Of a stretch of 64,000 nt of DNA, positions 60,073 through 64,000 are shown in pieces; position 1 is the first letter of the stretch, and every line of letters starts with the position of its first letter. This DNA is from Meyerozyma guilliermondii. Lineage: Eukaryota. The translations under genes and the position numbers were made by a program. A model generated the notes under the pieces. The model searched no databases, was not told the DNA's origin, and worked only from the letters and a program-made list of their open reading frames with translations. Location of the stretch: NCBI GenBank assembly GCA_051546255.1, contig CP128817.1:186001-250000 (forward strand), given 5' to 3'.

Positions 60073-60305
60073 TTGGACTTCAATTCTCCATATTTGGCTT
60101 CTTTACGTCAACCACACAATCACTACATGATTCAATGAGGAAATCATCGATCAGTACATCTATACAATGCTCATATCGCGACCTTCAATAGACTGACTCA
60201 AGCCGCCTTTAACTAGCTCATCTTTTATCCAAAGCCATGCAGCTTTCTACATAGCTTTCTACATCTCTCACATTGCATGATTTGTACTCACAACTACTAT
60301 GAACT

Positions 60306-60842
60306 CTAAGACAACTCCATGATGGCATTGACCATATCTCCCTTGTGAGCTCTCAAAGCCTTTACAGCCTTGGCACGAGAAACTTGTGTCTGTTCAACAA
60401 TGATCTCGATATCTTTCGAGTCCAAACCAGTTTCGTCTACCTCACCTTCATCTTCCTCAACAGTCTTGTCTTCCAAAGAAGCGTTTTGCAAGTCATTGGT
60501 GATGGACTCTGGAGACTTGTCAGCGGTTTCGGCATCAGCAGCAGCCTTGGTAAGAGCCTCTTGTTGCTCTTGTTGAGCTTGAGCCTCGGCAATTCTCTTG
60601 TTCATGTCGTCGACCTTGGCCTCACCGAAAACAACATAGGTACCAGCAGCAGATTTGAACACATCTGGTTGCTCAATAGCGTAAATGAGGTTTCCCTTTT
60701 GCTTGAAGGTGACTCTGGTAATACCAGGAACTGGCTTCAAGTGCAATTTCTTGATCAATTCTCTGGCCTTCTTCTCGTTCTTGGACAAGATGGTGACATC
60801 AGCACCTTGGGGAATTTCTTCTGGGATTTCTTCGATTGACAT
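60306..60842 (-). CDS. EGD2: Nascent polypeptide-associated complex alpha subunit
   Basis: SKNEKKARE, TYVVFGEAKVDD and C-terminal UBA (DMVNAIMELS). ATG at 60842. Confidence 0.96.
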   Translation of the reverse strand: MSIEEIPEEIPQGADVTILSKNEKKARELIKKLHLKPVPGITRVTFKQKGNLIYAIEQPDVFKSAAGTYVVFGEAKVDDMNKRIAEAQAQQEQQEALTKAAADAETADKSPESITNDLQNASLEDKTVEEDEGEVDETGLDSKDIEIIVEQTQVSRAKAVKALRAHKGDMVNAIMELS

Positions 60843-61687
60843 TGTTGAATGGGTTGTTACTGGTGGGGAATTTTTCACTGAGTCGACGAATCGAGTTACC
60901 CGGCACCGGTCGCATTTCGGTGCTACATCGGTGCACCTCGACCTTCTCGAAAACTAAGCGCCGCTTCGAGGCATCTGCAGTACCAGAGTCCCCAGCACCT
61001 GCTTGGGGTATACGGGCAAGTTTCAAATTGGGTTTCGCAATCCAGAACACAAGACCAGGATATCTAGCTGTTCCGCTTATTACATACTTGAATCTTGTAT
61101 TTGGGTTCTTGCCTCGTACCAATTATACCATGTCGGCTCGGCTCCGATTAACTCCGTATAAACACCGGCGCCAAAAAGGACCAAAACGTGGTAGGAAGTA
61201 CGAAATGTCAATTTTTCTCCATTATTCCAAGAAAAGTTGACCCGTTGAGTAAGTGGCTCGGTAATTACCAGTATCCGAATACTATCCGTTTTTTTCGTAG
61301 TTTGCGACCGTTGTTCTTTGCACCTGTCATTATGTAGCCGCTCTAATCTCCTGCACGCAGGTTAATCTCAAATGCGGATTGTTTCGGTTTATTCACTCAA
61401 CTTTGTTAGTCAGCTCGTTGTATATCAACCAGCAAGTAGTTTCACGGCCTCAAAAGCTACTACAAGGTAGTACAACCACTTCCGGAGTATACTAAGCTCT
61501 TTGTTTTGGTCCAGCTGTCTTGCAATATTGCTTTTCGATCTTCGTCTTGCTGCGCCATCTTCCTACATTTTGTTGCTAATATTCGTTTCTGGCACTTTCA
61601 GGAGTGAACTATATTTATTAGTGTGATACCCCTGTTACTTACATATCCCTGAGTTACTCCAACATCCTAAGTGAGGAAATTGTGGTG

Positions 61688-64000
61688 ATGTCGGAGAGAA
61701 ATTCTCAAAAGAATGACTCGGCTAATTCAGGGTCTGATGGTCCGGAAACGGCACAGTCATCTTCCGAGTACAACTCATCGACTTTAAAAGTTCCGGATAA
61801 TTTCAATAGGATTAATGATCTTTTCACCGCAAAACCACCGGATTTCAAACTGCGGGTGCAGACCATGCTATACAATAAAGGACTCCATTCCCGACCAAAA
61901 TACTTGAATGACATATATCAAACAATTCCTCGTACGGTATATGTCAACCAAGAGCTCCCAGATGCCATGAAAGATGTGCATGGTCACCCACGCCTCACCT
62001 ACCCAAGAAACAAAATCAGAACTACAAAGTATACCCCCATCACATTTTTGCCCAAGAATATAATATTTCAGTTCACCAACGTTGCAAATACGTATTTCCT
62101 TGTGATGATTATTCTTAGTGCATTTCAGATCTTTGGTGTGCAATCACCCGGTTTACAGGCCGTGCCGTTGGTGGTGATTGTAGTTATCACTGCCATCAGA
62201 GATGCCTACGAAGATTACAGCCGGGGGTCTAGTGACAATGAACTCAACAATTCGCCGATTCATTTACTCGTGGGGCTTGACAATCCTAATGTGGAGACAG
62301 ACTACGTTGATCCCTGGAGACGCTTCAAAAAGGCAAGTACAAGAGTGACTCGACGTATCGGCAAGGCAATCGCACGAGGACTTATTATGACATTTGGTAA
62401 GAAAAAGAAGAAGCAAGAGGTGATCAGGAAGGAAAATGCAGAGAAAGAATTAGAGCTAAGAAGAGTTTCTACAGTTATTTCTGATACTTCTGATTTTGGG
62501 GAGCGGCCACGCATGTCAACTACTGATCGCTCTCACCGTCCGTTTAGAAAATCGCATCAGAGCCAACGTCACATTAGTCAACCGGTACCACATACAATCA
62601 CTAATCCAAAACTCCAACAAGAGCACTCCGAGAAGGGAGCTAAAAACCCAAAGTTCAAGAATAGATCGTGGAAAGATGTCAGTGTCGGCGACTTCATCCG
62701 AGTACGTTCGGACGAGGAAGTTCCAGCTGACATTGTTATATTAGGCACTTCCGATGCCGAGGGCAATTGCTACATCGAGACGAAAAACTTGGATGGTGAA
62801 ACCAATTTAAAGACAAAAAATTCTTTGGCTTGCGGCGGATCCTTGTCTCATGCTAACAGTTTAGGATTTAGCAAGTTTTGGATAGAGTGCGACGCACCAA
62901 ATCCCCACTTGTATTCTTTCAAGGGAACACTTCACTATGAAAATTTTGACGAAAGTGGTCATATGGTTAATCCTGACGAAAAAGAAGCTGTTACCAACAA
63001 CAATGTCTTACTTCGAGGCACCACCTTAAGAAATACCGCATGGGTCATTGGGGTGGTAATTTATACTGGTTCGGAAACCAAAATAATGCTTAATTCTGGC
63101 ATAACCCCTACAAAGGCTTCTAGAATATCCCGTGAGTTGAACTTGTCAGTTGTCATTAATTTCGTTATATTGTTCATCTTGTGTTTTGTTTCAGGCCTTA
63201 TCAACGGTCTCTTTTACGACAAGGAGCATGTTTCCCGAATATACTTTGACTTCAAGCCTTATGGTTCCACACCAGCTGTCAATGGTATTCTTGCGTTCTT
63301 TGTTACATTGATCATCTATCAATCGCTTGTTCCTATTTCACTTTACATATCGGTTGAAATCATCAAAACATTGCAGGCATTCTTCATCTTTGCTGACGTC
63401 AAGATGTATTATGCAAAGCTCGATTTTCCTTGCACTCCCAAATCATGGAATATATCGGATGACTTGGGACAAATCGAGTACGTTTTCAGCGACAAGACTG
63501 GAACATTGACTCAGAATGTTATGGAGTTCAAGAAGATGACCATTAATGGAACGTCATATGGCCTTGCCTATACTGAAGCACAACAGGGAATTGATAAACG
63601 AGAAGGCAAGGATATTGTTGCCGAAAACGAAAAATGGAGACAAATAATTCAAAAGGATAGAAGCGAGATGATTGAAAACCTTGTCAATAATAGTAAGAAC
63701 AACCAGTTTCGAGAAGAAGCTCTCACTTTTGTATCTAACGATTACGTTAAAGACACTATGATGACCGAGGGCAACAGTGAGCAAAAAGCTGCGAACGAAA
63801 CGTTCATGTTAGCGTTATCTCTCTGTCATACGGTGGTGACCGTAGAGGACGAGTCAGATCCTGATTACAAGATATTCAAGGCGGAATCCCCAGATGAAGC
63901 TGCATTGGTGTCTGTTTCCAGAGATTTAGGATTTGCTTTCCGTGATCGGTTTCGCAAAAAGCTCATTGTCGACATATATGGGGAAGGTCATGAATTCGAA
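61688..64000 (+). CDS. P4-ATPase phospholipid flippase, Dnf1/Dnf2-like (3' end outside the window; absent from the ORF track)
   Basis: My translation from ATG 61688 gives YPRNKIRTTKYTP, ETKNLDGETNLK, PISLYISVE, the phosphorylation motif DKTGT (63491, in frame) and AESPDEAALV. Confidence 0.93.
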   Translation, partial: MSERNSQKNDSANSGSDGPETAQSSSEYNSSTLKVPDNFNRINDLFTAKPPDFKLRVQTMLYNKGLHSRPKYLNDIYQTIPRTVYVNQELPDAMKDVHGHPRLTYPRNKIRTTKYTPITFLPKNIIFQFTNVANTYFLVMIILSAFQIFGVQSPGLQAVPLVVIVVITAIRDAYEDYSRGSSDNELNNSPIHLLVGLDNPNVETDYVDPWRRFKKASTRVTRRIGKAIARGLIMTFGKKKKKQEVIRKENAEKELELRRVSTVISDTSDFGERPRMSTTDRSHRPFRKSHQSQRHISQPVPHTITNPKLQQEHSEKGAKNPKFKNRSWKDVSVGDFIRVRSDEEVPADIVILGTSDAEGNCYIETKNLDGETNLKTKNSLACGGSLSHANSLGFSKFWIECDAPNPHLYSFKGTLHYENFDESGHMVNPDEKEAVTNNNVLLRGTTLRNTAWVIGVVIYTGSETKIMLNSGITPTKASRISRELNLSVVINFVILFILCFVSGLINGLFYDKEHVSRIYFDFKPYGSTPAVNGILAFFVTLIIYQSLVPISLYISVEIIKTLQAFFIFADVKMYYAKLDFPCTPKSWNISDDLGQIEYVFSDKTGTLTQNVMEFKKMTINGTSYGLAYTEAQQGIDKREGKDIVAENEKWRQIIQKDRSEMIENLVNNSKNNQFREEALTFVSNDYVKDTMMTEGNSEQKAANETFMLALSLCHTVVTVEDESDPDYKIFKAESPDEAALVSVSRDLGFAFRDRFRKKLIVDIYGEGHEFE

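Noticed and set aside
60135..60264. ATGAGGA...CTGA (box C/D-like) and a 12-bp duplication AGCTTTCTACAT between LNP1 and EGD2
   Set aside because: Imperfect C box, no terminal stem and no recognisable rRNA guide. The repeat looks like simple slippage in a terminator region.
60836..61240. 134-aa and 107-aa ORFs in the EGD2/flippase divergent region
   Set aside because: No recognisable motifs, they overlap promoter elements and the EGD2 start, and the composition is not gene-like.

Overview
Gene-dense eukaryotic nuclear DNA from a budding yeast of the CUG-Ser (Debaryomycetaceae/Candida) clade. CTG codons fall at conserved Ser positions in many genes. The compact layout resembles Meyerozyma, but that is inference, not proof. 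The window holds about 41 protein-coding genes, mostly conserved housekeeping genes (ZUO1, GLC8, ARL1, TYR1, ERG8, CPS1, HGH1, TFG1, GPI14, SKI6, ERV29, CYT2, TIM10, RAD16, TIF34, GET3, ULA1, SPB4, DEG1, SNF8, CTF8, NDE1, MBP1, LNP1, EGD2 and a DNF-type flippase running off the right edge). It also holds two intronless tRNA genes (Trp-CCA, Glu-TTC) and three short spliceosomal introns missed by the ORF track. Most interesting: (1) a ~3.5 kb accessory segment (24065-27541) with a CTG-free aldehyde dehydrogenase that resembles basidiomycete enzymes, next to a duplicated orphan gene (one intact copy, one frameshifted copy, sharing a 77-nt identical tract); (2) an alpha/beta-hydrolase + PtpB-like phosphatase fusion whose predicted catalytic Ser is a CUG codon; (3) an uncharacterised mitochondrial carrier behind a perfect Leu3-type palindrome; (4) a CQD1-type kinase whose C-terminus depends on two introns, one with a GTTCGT donor; (5) a tandem pair of His-loop RTA1-like membrane proteins; (6) two recurrent intergenic motifs. 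I found no transposon, CRISPR array, rRNA or centromere. All family assignments are from recalled motifs; no database searches were run.
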